Notes: a model not told the origin generated them from the letters alone. A DNA stretch of 64,000 nucleotides from Lama guanicoe (GCA_013239625.1 MU057344.1:1366276-1430275); one strand, 5' to 3'. Counted from the first letter of the stretch, positions 49,401-63,339 are shown. Numbers and translations: made by a program.

Positions 49401-52400
49401 CCACTGGAAGGGGCGCCAGCTTTCTGCCTGGAGGAGGCGAGCAGGGCTGGACAGGCTGAGCCTCCGCGCCGTCCTTTGCCTGGGCGGAGCCAGGGCCTGA
49501 GGCCGGACAGCCAGCAGCTGAGTTGGGGCAAGGGGATGCCTTCGGGCCCTGAATCCGCACCTGCACCCTGCCGTGTTCCCCCACCCCTGCCCTTCCCCGA
49601 GGACCGCAGGAACGGGCTCCTCTGGCCACAGGGTGGCGGGGTCCCAGGCCCCCTACCGGCACGGGAAACTGGTAAACAAATGAGGTGTAAGTGTTGACAG
49701 TTCAAATATTATCCAGCTTGCTGACTTCCACACGAGAGGGGATTTACGGGCGCTTAAGAGTTTAGACTCGCCCTCCAGGAATCCAACACAGATAAGGAGA
49801 GAATGGGGGCTGCTGGTGGAGCCCAAGCCACGGGGAGGGGGCTGGAGGCCAACGCACAAAGCCAGGACCCTCCCCTAGGACACAGGACACCCCCGACACC
49901 CCCGCCCTGTCTGACCTCTCTGAAGGCACAGGAGCCGGGCGGTTCTCTGAGGGGAGCACCGGGGCCCCAGCCAGGTACCTGTGGGCAGAGGTGGCTGATG
50001 GCCTCGACGCTCAAAAGACACGTGTTGGACTCTCAGGCTGCCCGAGGCCCAAAGGAGAAGGGTCGGTGTGGTGCCCTGGAGCCCCGGCTTCTGGACTCGT
50101 GTGCGTGGCTGGGCGGCGGCCCCCCTGGCAGTGCAGGCGCGTGCGTGCGGCCCAGCACCCTGGCTCCGCGGGATGGCACGTGGAGGGGTGCCGCAGAGGG
50201 GCCGAGCCGGGAGTCCACTCGCCTCCTGGGGGCCGAGGCTGTGGGGGGCCTGTGGGGACTGCACAAAACTGGTGCTTCTGGGAGATGACATCAGAGCCCG
50301 AGGTCCTGGGGGCAGGAGAGCCCAGGGCCTCAGGCAGGAGCCGGACCGTCCTGCCGAGGCCTGGGTGAGGCCTCAGTTTCCTCCCCTGCCTGCCCGGTGC
50401 CGGCACAGAGAGGCCGTGCTCCCAGGAGTGCGTCTGCTGCAGGTGGCTGTCTTGTCCTGGGCACCGGGCAGAGCGGGTGCCTGTCCTCGAAGGAACAAGT
50501 GTGTTTGAAGCCACAAGAGGAGGAGGTGGGCACAGAGTCCGGGGCTCAGGGCGGGCCCAGCAGGGACTGAGAGCCAGGCTCCCCTGACCGACCCCAGGGC
50601 GTGCAGGAGGGAGGGCGGGGCGGGCTGAGGGTGCGAGGCTCTGCTCTTCCCACTGCTCCTAGAACATTCGGTGGTGGGGAGGGGGGGCGGTCTGAGTGGG
50701 AACCACAGGCAGGTGCTTCGGCGGGCTGGGGTTCAGTGGTGCTTGGCTGGCTGGTGGGCCCTGAGGGGCGGTGCCCCCAGCCCCGCCAGGTCCCGGGGGC
50801 TCTGGCAGCGGGGGTGCTGGTGGAGGTGCTGGAGACCCTGCTGCAGGGAATCGGCTCCCTGGAAGACTGGGTGTGGGGCCTGGCATGACGCCAGCTCTTG
50901 TCCCAAGAGGCGACCTCCTAGGACAGGCCCCAGGCTCCTGGGCCCCTCACCTGCTCTCAGGCAGGGGGGCCAGAGCCAGTGCCAGCCTCACAGGTTTGCT
51001 AAAAATGCAAACCTCTTCCCCACTCCAAGGGCGCCCCTGAGCCTCCCACCTGTCACAGCCTCTATCGCAGCCCCGGGCAGCGCTGTCCCCAGGCCACCCC
51101 GCAGCACTGTCGGCAGCAGGCACGGTTCCCGCCTCTGCTGCTTTCGGCCCCACTGCGGCTCGTGTCTGGTGACGCCCAGCTCCTCATCGGCCCGGTTTCC
51201 CGTGTGTATGGGTGCTGGGTGTCTGGGGCCCTGCCACCCGGTAGCAATGCCCGACACAGGGAACAATGCACTTGTTGTCACGGCCGGCCCTGGCTCGGGG
51301 CTCAGAAACGCTAGACACTGCGTCCCCAGTTATCACCCTCGCCGGGAACAGGGCTTGGCTCCAGCTCGCACGAAGACATAATAATTTTCTCCCATTATTC
51401 AGATCTCCTGTTTCCCTCGCCCCACCTTTTGGCGGCAGCAGCTGAAGGGAGAGGGTGGTGGGACTGTAAGGGCCGGGGACCCTGGGACATCCCCCATGGG
51501 CAGCTGGGCCTCATCCAGGGCCCCTGGGGGCCTTCGGTGGGTGCACAGGGAGCAGCTGGGGAGGGCACTGGCCTGCGACAGGGACAACGGGCAGAGCACT
51601 TCTGGGCCCTGCTCCCTCCCCCACTGCAGTCTCCTGATCAGAGGCCCGCGGTGCTGGCAGGGCCAGGGATGACGCTGGACCGAGATGCGGTCAGAGGGTG
51701 GAGGCAGCCCTGCGGCCTGCCGCCCCCTGAGCTGGCCAACTCTGGTCAGAGGTGACCGCTCCTGGTCCCCAGAGCTGGGAGCTCTGTCCGTGGCTACCAG
51801 CCTGCCCACGGGGTCAGGGGCCACTTAGGGAGACCCCACCCCACGCCTGGGAAGGAGGGAGCGCTAGAAGCTGGTCTGCCCACCGCGGCTGCCCGGGTCA
51901 GGCCTTTGCTGAGAGGCGTCAGCCCAAGTAAGTGGATCCCTCACAGTTATGCAAGCCAGGGTCGCGGGGATGGGGCGGGCTCCGCCAGCCCAAACAAGCA
52001 CCGACCCGGCTCGAGTGTGGAACTGTTGGGCCCAGTTAAAGGGAGGCGTGGGGAGGCGGGGCAGGGGCTGCACACGGGTTGCAGCCTCCCCGGGACAGGC
52101 CTGCACAGTGAGGTCCGTTCTGCAGGCCACCCAGGCCAGCCTGGGCCCAAGGCCGCCCTACACCCTGGGGGGGACTGGTGGGGTGGGGGCTTCCAGAGCC
52201 TTCTCCCCTCCCCACTGATTAGACTGGACATTTCCCACACAAACCCTGCGTGCCAGGGGTGGGGACACGGATGGAGAGATGTTTACCTCCCTTGCTCTGC
52301 CCAAAGGGACCTTACAGTCCAGTCTGCTTACTTAACACTTGCTCACCAAGCAGCAGCTCTCCTCTGGGCCAAGCGGGCCCTGGAGGTTCCGACAGGAGCC

Positions 52401-55400
52401 GGGGCGGCCCAGACTCCAGGCTCACAGCCTGGCTGTCGCTGGAAATTCACACCAGAGTGTCAGGGGCCACCAGCGACTCAGGGAGGACCGGACCCTGCCC
52501 CCCCTTCAGCAGGGCGTCTGAGCCTGCTAGGGGCCTGGAGCACAGAGGACAGACCCACGTGGGCCGGACGGGGGCGCTAAGCAGGAGGGATGCCCAGCTG
52601 CCGCAGGCTGGCTCTGGCCCTGGCTCTGAGTGAGAGGATGATGGGGAGGGCCCGGGAAGGGGGCAAATGGGAGGGAGCACACACCCTTGTTCAGGGCCCT
52701 CTTTGTGCAGCGGAAGCGGCCCCTGTTCTGGCCAGTGCATCTCCGAGCCAACAATGTGCGGTAGTTGCCGCAGGACCAGGTGGAGGCGTCGCCCACCCGC
52801 GGGGACAGCAGCGCCCTGCACGGTCTGCAGGCGGAGGAGGAACTGGGGGCACCCCGTGTGCCCCCTCCTTCCAGGCTGGGGTCCTGGCAGAGGAGGGCGA
52901 GGTGGCCCCGGCAGAGTGCAGCCACCACCCTGCGCCCGTGCAGGAGGCCAGCCGGCCAGGAAGTGGAAGTGGAGCTTTATGAAGATCTATGAGGGGGAGG
53001 GAGGCACTGCACCCCGCTGCGGGGCGGGGCGGGGGCCGGGGCAGGCCTTTTATCTCGCAGGGAGCTTGGAGAATGTTTCACATAAAACCCATCCGCAGGA
53101 GCATCAATCAGAAAGTGGAAGGAAGACTCTGTAAGACCTGAAAATATTGGCTGTGGCCCCAGCACGTGGGAGGTAAGCAGCTTAACCAGAAAAACTGTGA
53201 GCCCATGAGGCCTGGTTCCTACGGCCCCGGGAAGCAGGGAGCGGCCGGCAGGCCCGCAGACCCTGCCGCGTGGCCCCGCCGGGGCGGTGAGACCCTGGCC
53301 CAGCGAGGCTCCTGCCATCTTCTTCTCGCCTGAAGCCCAGCAGGGAGCCCCCAGAGCAGCACCAACTCCCCGCCGGAGACCCCGCAGCAGGGGACAGCAC
53401 CGCAGCCCCACGCCGCTGTCCCAGTGGAGGCCCCGGAGCCTCAGCTCCATGTGCGGCCACCAGGGAGTGGAAGGACCGCAGCCAGTGACTTCCCCACAAA
53501 GCCTCCAGGGCCTCGGCGCTCAGAGCCCTGCGAGGCTTTCTCTTCGGGTGAGCAGAGTGGGGGCAAGTGGCCCACCTGCCCCTCCGGACCAGCAGCTGTC
53601 TGCAAAAGGCGGAAGCCGCCACACAGCCCTGGGCTGTGCTGCCCGGAAGCTTCCTGCAGCAAGAGATTCGGCTCCTGGGCTGGGAGGGGCGGGTGGGCCT
53701 GGGGAACCCAGGGGCAAGACACTGGGGGGCCAGTGGTCCTCTCTGGGTCCCGGGCAGGTCCCTTGCTTGAGAGCCCTGGCCCCAGTTCTAGCCGCCATCA
53801 CGGAGGTGGCTGCCCACAGGCTCCCAGTCCAGGCATGCCCGCCCCCCTCACGGCACTCCTGTCGGCAGCGTGGGCATCCCAGGAGCTGCAGCGATGCCAG
53901 CAGGCTCCGTGGGCCCCTTCGGCCCTCCTGGAGGGGGCTCATGGGCCTGGAGCAGGGGGCTGCCCGGCTCCAGGCCTGGCTCCCCAGCCCCTCCTTCCCT
54001 GTCCATCCAGCCAGGAGCTCTCCGCTTTTCCTTTGCAGACGTGCCCACAGACAGGGGTATGTGCTGCGGAGGCTTCAGGGTCACAGGTAAGGCGCTGGTC
54101 ACCGAAAACAAAGACTTTTGCCTCGACAGAAAGCCGCATAGTGATGGCTTTACCCAGCATCTCTGCCTGTGTGAGCCGTTCCTGCGCTGGACTGCGAGCC
54201 GTCCCAGGCCTGTGCCGGGGCCCACGCTCCCCGCGCTCAAGCTCTTCAGCTGGTCTTTCCTGGGCTGGTGGTCTGGAGAGAAGGGGGCGCTGGAAGCCCA
54301 CGGCTCGGCAAGCCATGCAGTACTTTTCCAGGACAGACACCAGGTCCTCCTGTCGTGTCCCGTCTGGGGACGCCCTAATGTCCTCGCATCCAGCCCAGAG
54401 GGCTCTTCGCACCCCGACAGCCCAGGGCCCCGGCCAGGAGGCCGGGTGATCGGGCCTCCCCGGCCTGGTCCATACGCTCATCCACTCCTGCCTTTGTTTT
54501 CTTGGAAAACTCAGTGCTGCCTGGGTTTCTGCTTCTCCTGTGTTGGTGTATCTGCACGGGGTCGTGACGGCTGATCTCCTGCGTCTACTCGGCAAGACGT
54601 CCACAGAGCCAGACATCGGGTCCCACACTGGTCTGAAAGTTCCTTTGAGGATGTTTGGTAATGAGCTTAGCATTTAAGTCAGTGGACACTGAGTGAAGCA
54701 GGCGGCTCTGTGGACTGTGCTGGGTCACATCTGAGCAGTCGAAGGCCTGAACCAGAACCAAGACAGACCATCCCCGGGAGCAAGGCGTTCTGCAGCAGAC
54801 GGCCTTCGGGCCCGAGCTGCACCAGCTCCCTGGTTCCCCCACCCCACCCAACACCCCCCTCAATGGCTTCTGTTTCCCCAGAGGACCCAGACTAACACCG
54901 ATCGCAATGGGAAATGTTTATGGCATTTAGGGCAACGAGCATTCCGCTCAAAATACCCGTGCTATTGAGTGTGTCCCGTGGTGCAAGGGTGCCCGGGGTG
55001 GCCCCCAGGAGAGCTCTGGGGCCTGAGCCGGGCAGAGCCGGGCCGGGCAGCCACACCCGGGGCGGGAGGTGGGCACTCACACCCATCAGCTGGGGTCCCT
55101 TTGCTGAAATCCAGCTCGCTGCCCGCCACTGAGCATGCCTCACTCGGCACTTAGGGGGAGCGTGTTTGCTGGGGGCTTGGTGGACACATGCCCGTGAGCC
55201 TGCAGGGGCCAGATTCCTCCCGGGTTCACACAGATCTCAGGGTCTCCAGAGGCACCTGGGCCCGAGGGCGACACACAAGGAAGCGACGTTGGCCATGGGG
55301 GAGCCCAGTGAGAGGCTGGACCTCAGCCCGGATCCAGGGACGCATGTCTGGGGCCTCCAAGCCCTCCGTGCCCCGCGTTCCCGATGGCACGGGCTCAGAC

Positions 55401-55786
55401 CTCACGACACGTGGCTCAGCCCCTCCTGCAGGAACCAACTCACTTTTCTGAAAACTGACAAAGAGGAGGTAGGAGTCAGGCTTTTGGAGCACAGACAGAA
55501 ACTGCAAGCTCCTGCAGCAGAACCGCAGCAAAGCCCAGGTTTAGGGGACGTAGCCCCCTTGTGTTGTCGAAGCCGGCCCACAGAGGGGAGTGCTGCGGCC
55601 CCGGAGGGCAGTCAGCAGAGGAGCCACAAGACCCCTTTGGCTGATGGGCCTTCGGTGACCCGTCGCTGGGCTGTGACTCTGTCCTCAGTGGCCGCAAGGA
55701 CCCGGCGGCTCCTGGTCCTCTCCCCGGTCAGCCTCCTGCATCTTGGGGGTCCTCTGGGTGTGTGCAGACGTGCGGTGCAGGCTGGG

Positions 55787-56020
55787 GTACACACACACAT
55801 ATACCCACACATGTACATGCGTGTGGACACACGTGCACATGCTTGTGCACACATGCAGAGACACGTGTGTGCATGCACACAGAAGCACAGACACACGTGC
55901 AAGCAGTGTGCTTCCCACATGCAGAAACACCTATATGTGTACACGTGCACACATGTGCCCCTGCAAACACGCAGACACACACACTCACACATGTATGCAC
56001 ACACACAGGTGCACACACAC
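55787..56020. repeat. Degenerate (CA)n / alternating purine-pyrimidine tract
   Basis: About 230 bp of CA/TG/CG alternation. Confidence 0.9.
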
Positions 56021-57929
56021 TGAGTGAGGCCCCATAGTAACAATCAGCCTCCACCCGGCCCCGTGACGGCTGTTCCTCGCTGAGCAAATGAAGTGCCAGA
56101 GGTTTGCAGAGAGGATGCACGTGACCAGCCAGAGACAGTGAAAACATGGGCTCCGCGGCCTGAACCATCCTGCAGAGGCTGGTTTCCTGGACAAGCCCAG
56201 AGATGCTGGTGGCAGGTGGGGCCCTCCGAGCACGTGCACACACGCCTGCCCCTGTCTGGCCCCGAGGGTGCCACGTGGGTCCTCCAGCAGGTCTCGGGTG
56301 CCCAGGGCGGCAGGAGCCCCCAGAGTGGGCTGTCATGGAAGAGTAACAGGAAGTAGCCTCCAGGCCCGACCGTGCATGGTTCCCACCCAGATTCTCCGCC
56401 AGGTCTGGTGGCTCTGGGAGCAGAGGGTGTGGGAAGGGGGCGCCGACTCAGGCCGGGGCACGAGATGCTCGGAAAGGAGGACCAGGTGCTCGTTCCGCAG
56501 GCAATGGCCCGCTTTGAGGGCAGGGGGCCATGGGGCTGCAGGGGCGCCTGGGGGGGCTTCTCCACTCAGGAGCTCGGGCTCGCCCCCGGGGAAGCAGCCC
56601 CCGCGGTCCCAGCCGGGAGGATACGTTGGGAACCGTAAGCATGGCCCCTGCTTGGTTTTCCTTAAATCTGAAGTTTCCAGGAGAGAGGTGCTTGGAGAAA
56701 GAGGTCTCTGCTCATCCTGGGTGTTGGGACTGAGCCTGAGGGTAAATGTTGCCCCTGACCCCAAAAGTCTGGAAGAGCAGTGTCCCCAGCCCCGCCCCCT
56801 TTGTCTCTTCACAGGGCATCCTCTCCAGCAGGGCCTGCCTGCGGTGACTAGCGGGGTGGGGTGGGGGGAGGGTGGGGGAGGGTGTGGTGAGGGGCTGCCA
56901 TGGCGCTGGACTTTGCATCTTGGCTTGGACTGCCCAGGAGGAATCGAGGGCCTCCTTTCCAGAAGCCACATATGTCTGTGGGAAATTCCCTCAGCCTGAC
57001 TCGGTGGAAGGACCCCGGGACTTCATTTGCTCTGCCGTCGCGTGGACCCTCATGCTCCTGACCCCGTCCAGCTGCCCGTCACCAACTGAAACTCGTGTAC
57101 GGACAGGGTCTGAAATGACTCCAGCATTTCTGCTGGGGATTACATGGAACCAAAATCACTCTTTCCGCGAGGATTGCACAATCACTTCTACTTCAGCTGC
57201 TTCTCTCTGTCCTGGGCATGAGGAAACCTCCCGCTGCAAGCCTTTGGCTGGAGGACAGAGGCCTTTTCACGGGACAGAGCTGAGGGGTCCCTTCCAGGGC
57301 TGGTCTCTGGTTGAGGGTCCCATCTCCGGGCACAGACCGGCTCCCACACAGATCCCTCCGGGGGGGGGCGGGGCGGGGTGGGGAGCAGGGAGCTGATCCG
57401 CCCCTGGAAGCAGAGCTGGGCCCGGGAAGGGCAGTGGGATTCTCGCCTGCCTGATGAGCTGTGAGGGTTGGACGTGTGTTCCCAACACAGAAGCGTCTGA
57501 GCGCCAGAACGTGCTTTGGGCACTTCGACAACGCCCAGGAGGCAGAAGTGCGGGGGACAACTGGAAATCACACGGAGGCTGCTGATAGCTGCCGGCGCGG
57601 GGGCTGGGGGTGTGTACTGCTGGACGCCTGTGGGGGTGGCCGCTGGCTGCACCTGGGAGCTCCCTGAGGTATCATCGCAAAGACACTGGACTTGGGGCAG
57701 CGCCCGCCTGGGCAGCCCGGTTGGGCCCTGCAGCCAGCAGGGGCAGAGGTAATGCCTCAGCCTCCTGGGGGGCCGGCGCCCCTGCATGGGGGGCCTGTGG
57801 CTGTGGGACTGTCCCTCGAACCTGTTCTTAGAGCTACTGGTTCCCTCAGAATCAATGAACTAAGTAAAACCACGGACGCACATTTGTGTTCGTCTCAGAG
57901 CCACGGTTTGCCCTCAGAAAGACGCTGCT

Positions 57930-58085
57930 TTAGTCTGCCCCGGAGGGAGCGGCCTCTGAGGAGACATCCTAAGGCAGGGACGGCTGAGCTGAGCGTAGAA
58001 GGAGGAAAACGAGGTGACGACTTGAAAGGGGGACGAGAGAGCACATGCAAAGGGCCGGAGGCAGAGGGAGCACGGAGCAGCCCGG
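57930..58085 (-). mobile_element. L2 fragment, antisense
   Basis: ggcctctgaggag..gagcacatgcaaagggccggaggcagagggagca resembles reverse L2 (cagcatgtgcaaaggccctgaggcagga). Confidence 0.5.
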
Positions 58086-58259
58086 AGCCTCTCCTGGTTA
58101 CCCCTCAGCCCCACGGCCCAGCCCGGGGTCGGAGCCCAGACACCGGTACCTCGGGCTGTGGGTCAGGGGCTCTGGCCTCCCCGCGTCCTCCGACGGCCCG
58201 GCCCTGAGCCCCCCGAGTTTCCTCGCTATCTCCCTCGTCCCCGCTCTGCTCTCTGCCCG

Positions 58260-58390
58260 GCGGCTGGAGCAGCAGCTGAGAACTGGGTGCAGGGGCAGCC
58301 AGGCAGCCTCAGGTCCAGCCCCTCCCGGCGCCAAGGCCACGGGAAGGTCTTCTGGCCCCCCTGCAGCTCCGCTGCCTCATCTGTGAAGCG
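58260..58390 (+). mobile_element. MIR fragment, GC-shifted
   Basis: Ends in gctccgctgcctcatctgtgaagcg (MIR core cctcagtttcctcatctgtaaaatg). Confidence 0.45.
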
Positions 58391-58896
58391 CAGAAGACCT
58401 AGAACTTGCAGGAAAGCAGCTGAGGGGCCCGGTGGGCGAAGGTGAGGCGGAAGCCCGCGTCACTGCCAGTGGCGGGGTCTTGGGCCCTTTTGTACCTGGC
58501 GCCATCGCCCCCGTGAGGGCCGAGCTGAGCCCAAGTTAGCCCTGTCGGGCAGTGGGGATGTCCTGGTCCAGGGCTGCTGCCCCTCGCCCGCCCCATCTTG
58601 GAGCCTCGGAAAGTCAGGCGGTGGGCGGTCAGGAGCCAGGGCCCGGGGGCCCAGGGACGCTGCGGGAAGGGCCGGAGGGGGCGTCTTCTTGCGGTCTGTG
58701 ACCAAGCTGGCGCCTGACTAGAGGCCCCAAGGCCCGCTGGTCCCTTTGGTATCTCACCTGCCGCTGAGATCTGTCAGCCTGGAGGGGGCGCCTCTGCGGC
58801 GGCCAGTGCCCTGCCCCAGCCCTGGGTGCCCCAGAGCCCAGCCTGGGGGCGGGGGCGGGGCTGCCGTCCGGGCTCTGCGCGGTGCGTGGGGTGGGG

Positions 58897-58965
58897 GTGT
58901 GTGTGTGTGTTCTGTGTGCGTTCTGTGTGTGTTGTGCGTGGTGTGTGTGTGTGCTGTGTGTGTGC
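58897..58965. repeat. Interrupted (TG)n microsatellite
   Basis: gtgtgtgtgtgtgttctgtgtgcgttctgtgtgt... Confidence 0.9.
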
Positions 58966-59129
58966 CGTGGGCATCTTTTGCTCCTGGGCCGATAGTCTCA
59001 GCCGGCCCCGTGTACTTCTCAGTCAGCTGCCCGCTTCTGAAGACCGGGCAGCCCCGACTCGCAGGCCATTGTCTCTGGCTGTTCTGCGGCTCTTGCCCCC
59101 ACCCCTCCCTCCGAGCAGGCATCCGGGGT

Positions 59130-62100
59130 CCACCTGGGGCGGGCGCCCCGTGGCACCCTGCTGGCCTGGGGGCAGGTGGGTGGAGCGGGTGATACTGGGT
59201 AACAGAGCAGGCGCCTGGCGGTTTCACAAGCGCTGTCCGATCCCGCTCGGATCGCCCAGCGTGTCCTCCCAGCCCCGCTGCTGTAGGACGAGGGTCCCCA
59301 TCCCCACACTCTCACCCACACGGGGCTTTATTTGATTTTCAAATTTCTGCCAATTGGTCAGGCGTGAGATGGAACATCTTCTTTAAAACCTGCACTTGTC
59401 TGATTACGATTGAGTTTGAAAGCCCGCCGTGTATGTGTTGGCCAGTAAAGCTCCGCCTCCTCCGAAGTTTTTCAGCGGCAGCGTGTCCTTTCTATCCTGA
59501 GTCGATCACTTAGCAGTTTCAGCTGCGTGTGGCGCGCAGCTTCTCCTCTTTGGGAACTTTCCCCATGTTCTTTGCCGGGCAGGTGGCTTTATCTGTTTCT
59601 GGATTTTTGTATCTGTTTAAATTTTCCATTCCGACGGAGCCAAATCCTTTCATTTCCGCTCCAGGGAAAGATGTCAGGTCTAATTTAAGAAGTTCTTCAC
59701 CGCCCCCAGATGACAAAGATATTACCCATATTTCCTTCCATTAAGAGAACTGCGGTGGCTTATCTTTGACACCTGGGGCCTGATCTGCCTGATGTGCACG
59801 GCGGGCTGGCTTTTCCGCGCAGCGAGTCTCTCCGAGGCGCGTCCACGCCGCTGTCCCTCCGTTCTCTGGAGGCGGAGCCACGGTCGCCTGGGCCTCCTCC
59901 TGAGCTCGGTTCCCCACCACAGGCTCACACGGCGATCTGGCTTTTGTTTTTTGGGACTTTGCTTGCTTGCTGGTTTTTGCTTTACTCCTGTAGTTTTGCA
60001 GAGGTCTAGTGTTTCCCAGCAGGAGCACCCAGCCTTGCTCTCCTTTCCGAAAATCTTAGCTATTTCCAGCAGTGTCGGCACCAGAATAAGTTGACCAGAT
60101 CCTCCGAACGCACTGGTGAGGTGTGGGTCGCAGCTGAATCGACTCCGAAGACGAAACAGACAGCGGCCGCCTTCACCAGGCCGGGCCGTCCGTGCGCACG
60201 CGCCGCCTCGCCCCCCACCCCCGGCTCCCGCCCTGCGCCCGCACGCTGGGGTCAGGCTCTTCCTGAGAAGCCGTGCGGGCCCCGTTAGGCCACTTCCTAG
60301 GCGCCAGCCTGAACGGCATCTGACGCTTTGTTACTTGCCTGGCTGTCAGGGGCTGCTCAGACCTGCGCAAGCTGCTCTTTCATGCGGAGTCTCGTGGAAC
60401 CTTCTTCTTGTTTGCTTGCTGTGGACGTTCTTTGTCTTTGCGATTTAGGCTTTTTACACAGATGGCCGTACGCAGACGACCGCTCTTTCTCTTTTTATTC
60501 TTACGTTGTTCTTATTTTATTTTCATTCCACAAATAACAACAGGTTAATTCTTTCCTTTCAACTCTTAGATGCCTGCCTGCCTCTTGCTTTCTTCTTTCT
60601 TTCTTTCTTTCGATGCCTTATTTCTTGTTTGTGCCTGACTGAGGCAGTCGGACGGGTCAGCTCCACTGAACGGTGGTGGCCGGGAGCTCGTGTAGGACCT
60701 GACGGCACAGAGGATGCTTCCAAACCCCACAACGGGAGAAACCGGCCCTGGGTTCTTTGAGGACCAGTTTCATCAGCTCAGGAAAGCTGCTCTTCATTTC
60801 CAGGCTTCTGAGAGCCTTTTAGAAAGACAGGAGGCGCTCAAGCTTTACTAAACGCTCTTTCTGCACCTGCTAATTTTTCCCTTAGTCCATTAGTGCAAAC
60901 TGATCGATCTTCTGAGTCTAAAGCATCTTTGCCTTCCCGGGACAAACCATACTTGATCATGATGACTCTTTCCCAACATTTCATTATGAAACTTTTCAAA
61001 CATTTCAAACAATTCAAAAAGGCTGAATTTTACAGTGAACACCTGTACACCCGGCATTTAGATGAATCCAAAACTAATATACTAATATTTTACACCATTT
61101 ACACTAATCTTTTGCTAAACATCCCGTATCACATGTCTGTCGCTCATCCATCCTTCTGTCGCGCCAGTCATCCATTTTACTTATTTTTTGATGTATTTCA
61201 AGGTAAGTGACAAACTTTAGCCCATTTTCCCTTAAACACTTCAGCAGGTCTACAATTAACTAGACTTCAATGTTTCTGCAAGGTCCTTGTCGTTTATTTT
61301 GTAGCAAAATTTACATACAATGACTTGGCCAAATACACGCACCCAGGAGACCCAGACCCAGTGGAGACGCAGAAGGGCCACGCCAGGGAGCTCCCTCCCA
61401 GAGCTCTGATCTTTCTCACCTTGATTCGCTTGCCTTGCTCCAGGACTTCACGTGAACTGAGTTTCGCAGCAGGTGCCCCTTCGTGTCTGGCTTCTTTCAC
61501 TCGACACGAAGGCTTTGGGTGGGTGGGCTGTCTGAATTCAGCGCTGCAAGGACTCCGCTGCAGGCAGGCCTCACGGTTTGCTCCGCCTTCCTCCCACTGA
61601 TGGGCATACGGGATAGTTCTGGTTTTTGATATTGTGAATAAAATTGCTATGAACGTTATTGGACAAGTCATTTTGTGGATGTGTCTTTATTTCTCTTGGG
61701 TAAACACCCTGAAGGGGGGCCTCTGGGTCATGGGGTAGGTGGGTATGTAGACGTGTAAGAAACTGCCAGATCTGTGCCCAGAACACCCACCAACCCTGCA
61801 CGGGGGTGCTGGCTGGCCACGCTCTTGCCAGCGTTTGGAGTTTGCCTTTCCAGCTTCGGCGGCCCTGGTGAGTGTGTGCTGCAAACCACGTGACTGGCTC
61901 CGGGCCGCTAGCATCTTACTCACCGCTTTCCCGTCTGTGTCTGTGAGGGGGAAGGGCCTTCGCTGCTTTCTGTTTTGTCACTCTGACCCAGATTTAGACC
62001 CAAGCCGACACAGGTCTCTTAAAATAGAACAGGTCATTTTACCCCCTTTAGTATTTTCTAGAAAAATTTCTGTCAGATAAGAATGATCTGCCCCCTGAAA

Positions 62101-62260
62101 GAGCCCCCTGGAAACAGCTTGGCACGAGGCTCTTTTCTGAGGAGGGTAAGGACTCTGATTCCCATTTTTGACCTGTTGAAGTTTCTATTTCTTCTTGGGC
62201 CAGGCTTGGCATTTTGTATTTTCCCAGAAACATGCCCACTTTATCTCAAAGTCTTCCTTA
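59130..62260 (-). mobile_element. Cluster of antisense LINE-1 (L1ME/MD/MC-like) fragments, probably nested
   Basis: aaatttctgccaattggtcaggcgtgagatggaacatc..tgattacgattgag (59340-59420); an AT-rich L1 3'-UTR-like block at 60970-61290; gatattgtgaataaaattgctatgaac..tttatttctcttgggtaaacaccc (61628-61710). Confidence 0.8.
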
Positions 62261-63339
62261 AATATCCTTGCCTAATGTCTTGGCTGGGCGTAAAGACAGA
62301 TCTGGGAACTCACCAGGGGCCAGGAGATCGGGGGGACCTGCTTTCTGAGGCCAGAGCAGTGCAGCAGGGGCCCCCCGGAAGGATGTGGGTCTGGGGGGGC
62401 CCTGAGCTCCGGGGTCCTGCCCCCTCCCTGTGCTTGCCCAACCTGGGGGGAGCTGAGGGGCCAGCAGGCCTCTCTGGAGGGAGGGAGGGTCAGAGAGACA
62501 CTTGCACTTGGTAGCCTCGAGGTCTGAGGTCTGTGTGAACTCCTGGAAGGCTCCTCAGGGGCCTCACCTGGGGAGTGGGTGTGGCAACACCTGCCTCAGG
62601 TATACTCAGGGGCAAGGTGTGACTGTGGTACCTGCCTCAGGTGGACCCTGGGACAGGGCAGACTCAGTGAGAGGCAGGCGGAAAGCATCCCTCACAGCAG
62701 GTGTGTATTCCATCAACATCTCTTTCCTGCCCGCCTCCCTCCTGAACTAATACAGCAGGAGTGAGGACCTGAAGGTGTTCGCTCCTCTTTTTAAAGTACA
62801 AAGGAGCAAGTGTCGGGTAACAGAATTTGACACCGTGTGACCCTGCGTGGGAGGTCGCTGGAGTTTCTTGGTGCTTCTCAAAATACACCACCTGCCCCCA
62901 ACAGACGGGAGGCACTTTGTCTCTCTGAGTGTGTAACAAGTGTGTAACTCTTCCTGCCCTCACGAGGCCTCGCTCACTGTCTGGAGAGTTTCCGGGGGCA
63001 GTGCTGGGTGGGGAGCTAAGTTTAGATCCCAGAGCTTGTGGAGAATTAAGAGATGGTTCCAGAGTCTCTTGCTTTTCACAACCAGTGACATTCCAACAAG
63101 GGCCCAGGTAAGTCAGCAGCATCGTGTCGGGGTGAGCCTCGCAGCGCGCACGGCTGTGCCGGGGTTGTGCACGCTGCTCACTCTGGGACAAACTGAGTGA
63201 AGAGTGCATTGAACCTCTGTGCTCTTTTATAGTTTCTTGAAGCATGAAATAAAAAGTTTTATTTTTAATTACCAGGCGTGAGAGGAAGCAGAACCTATGC
63301 CTCGGGGCCAAGAGAAAAGCCAGTAACTAAAAGCAGACC

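Noticed and set aside
53287-54673. Stack of 234-341 aa ORFs on both strands
   Set aside because: Several frames are open at once with low-complexity GC-codon composition, and none resembles a known family.
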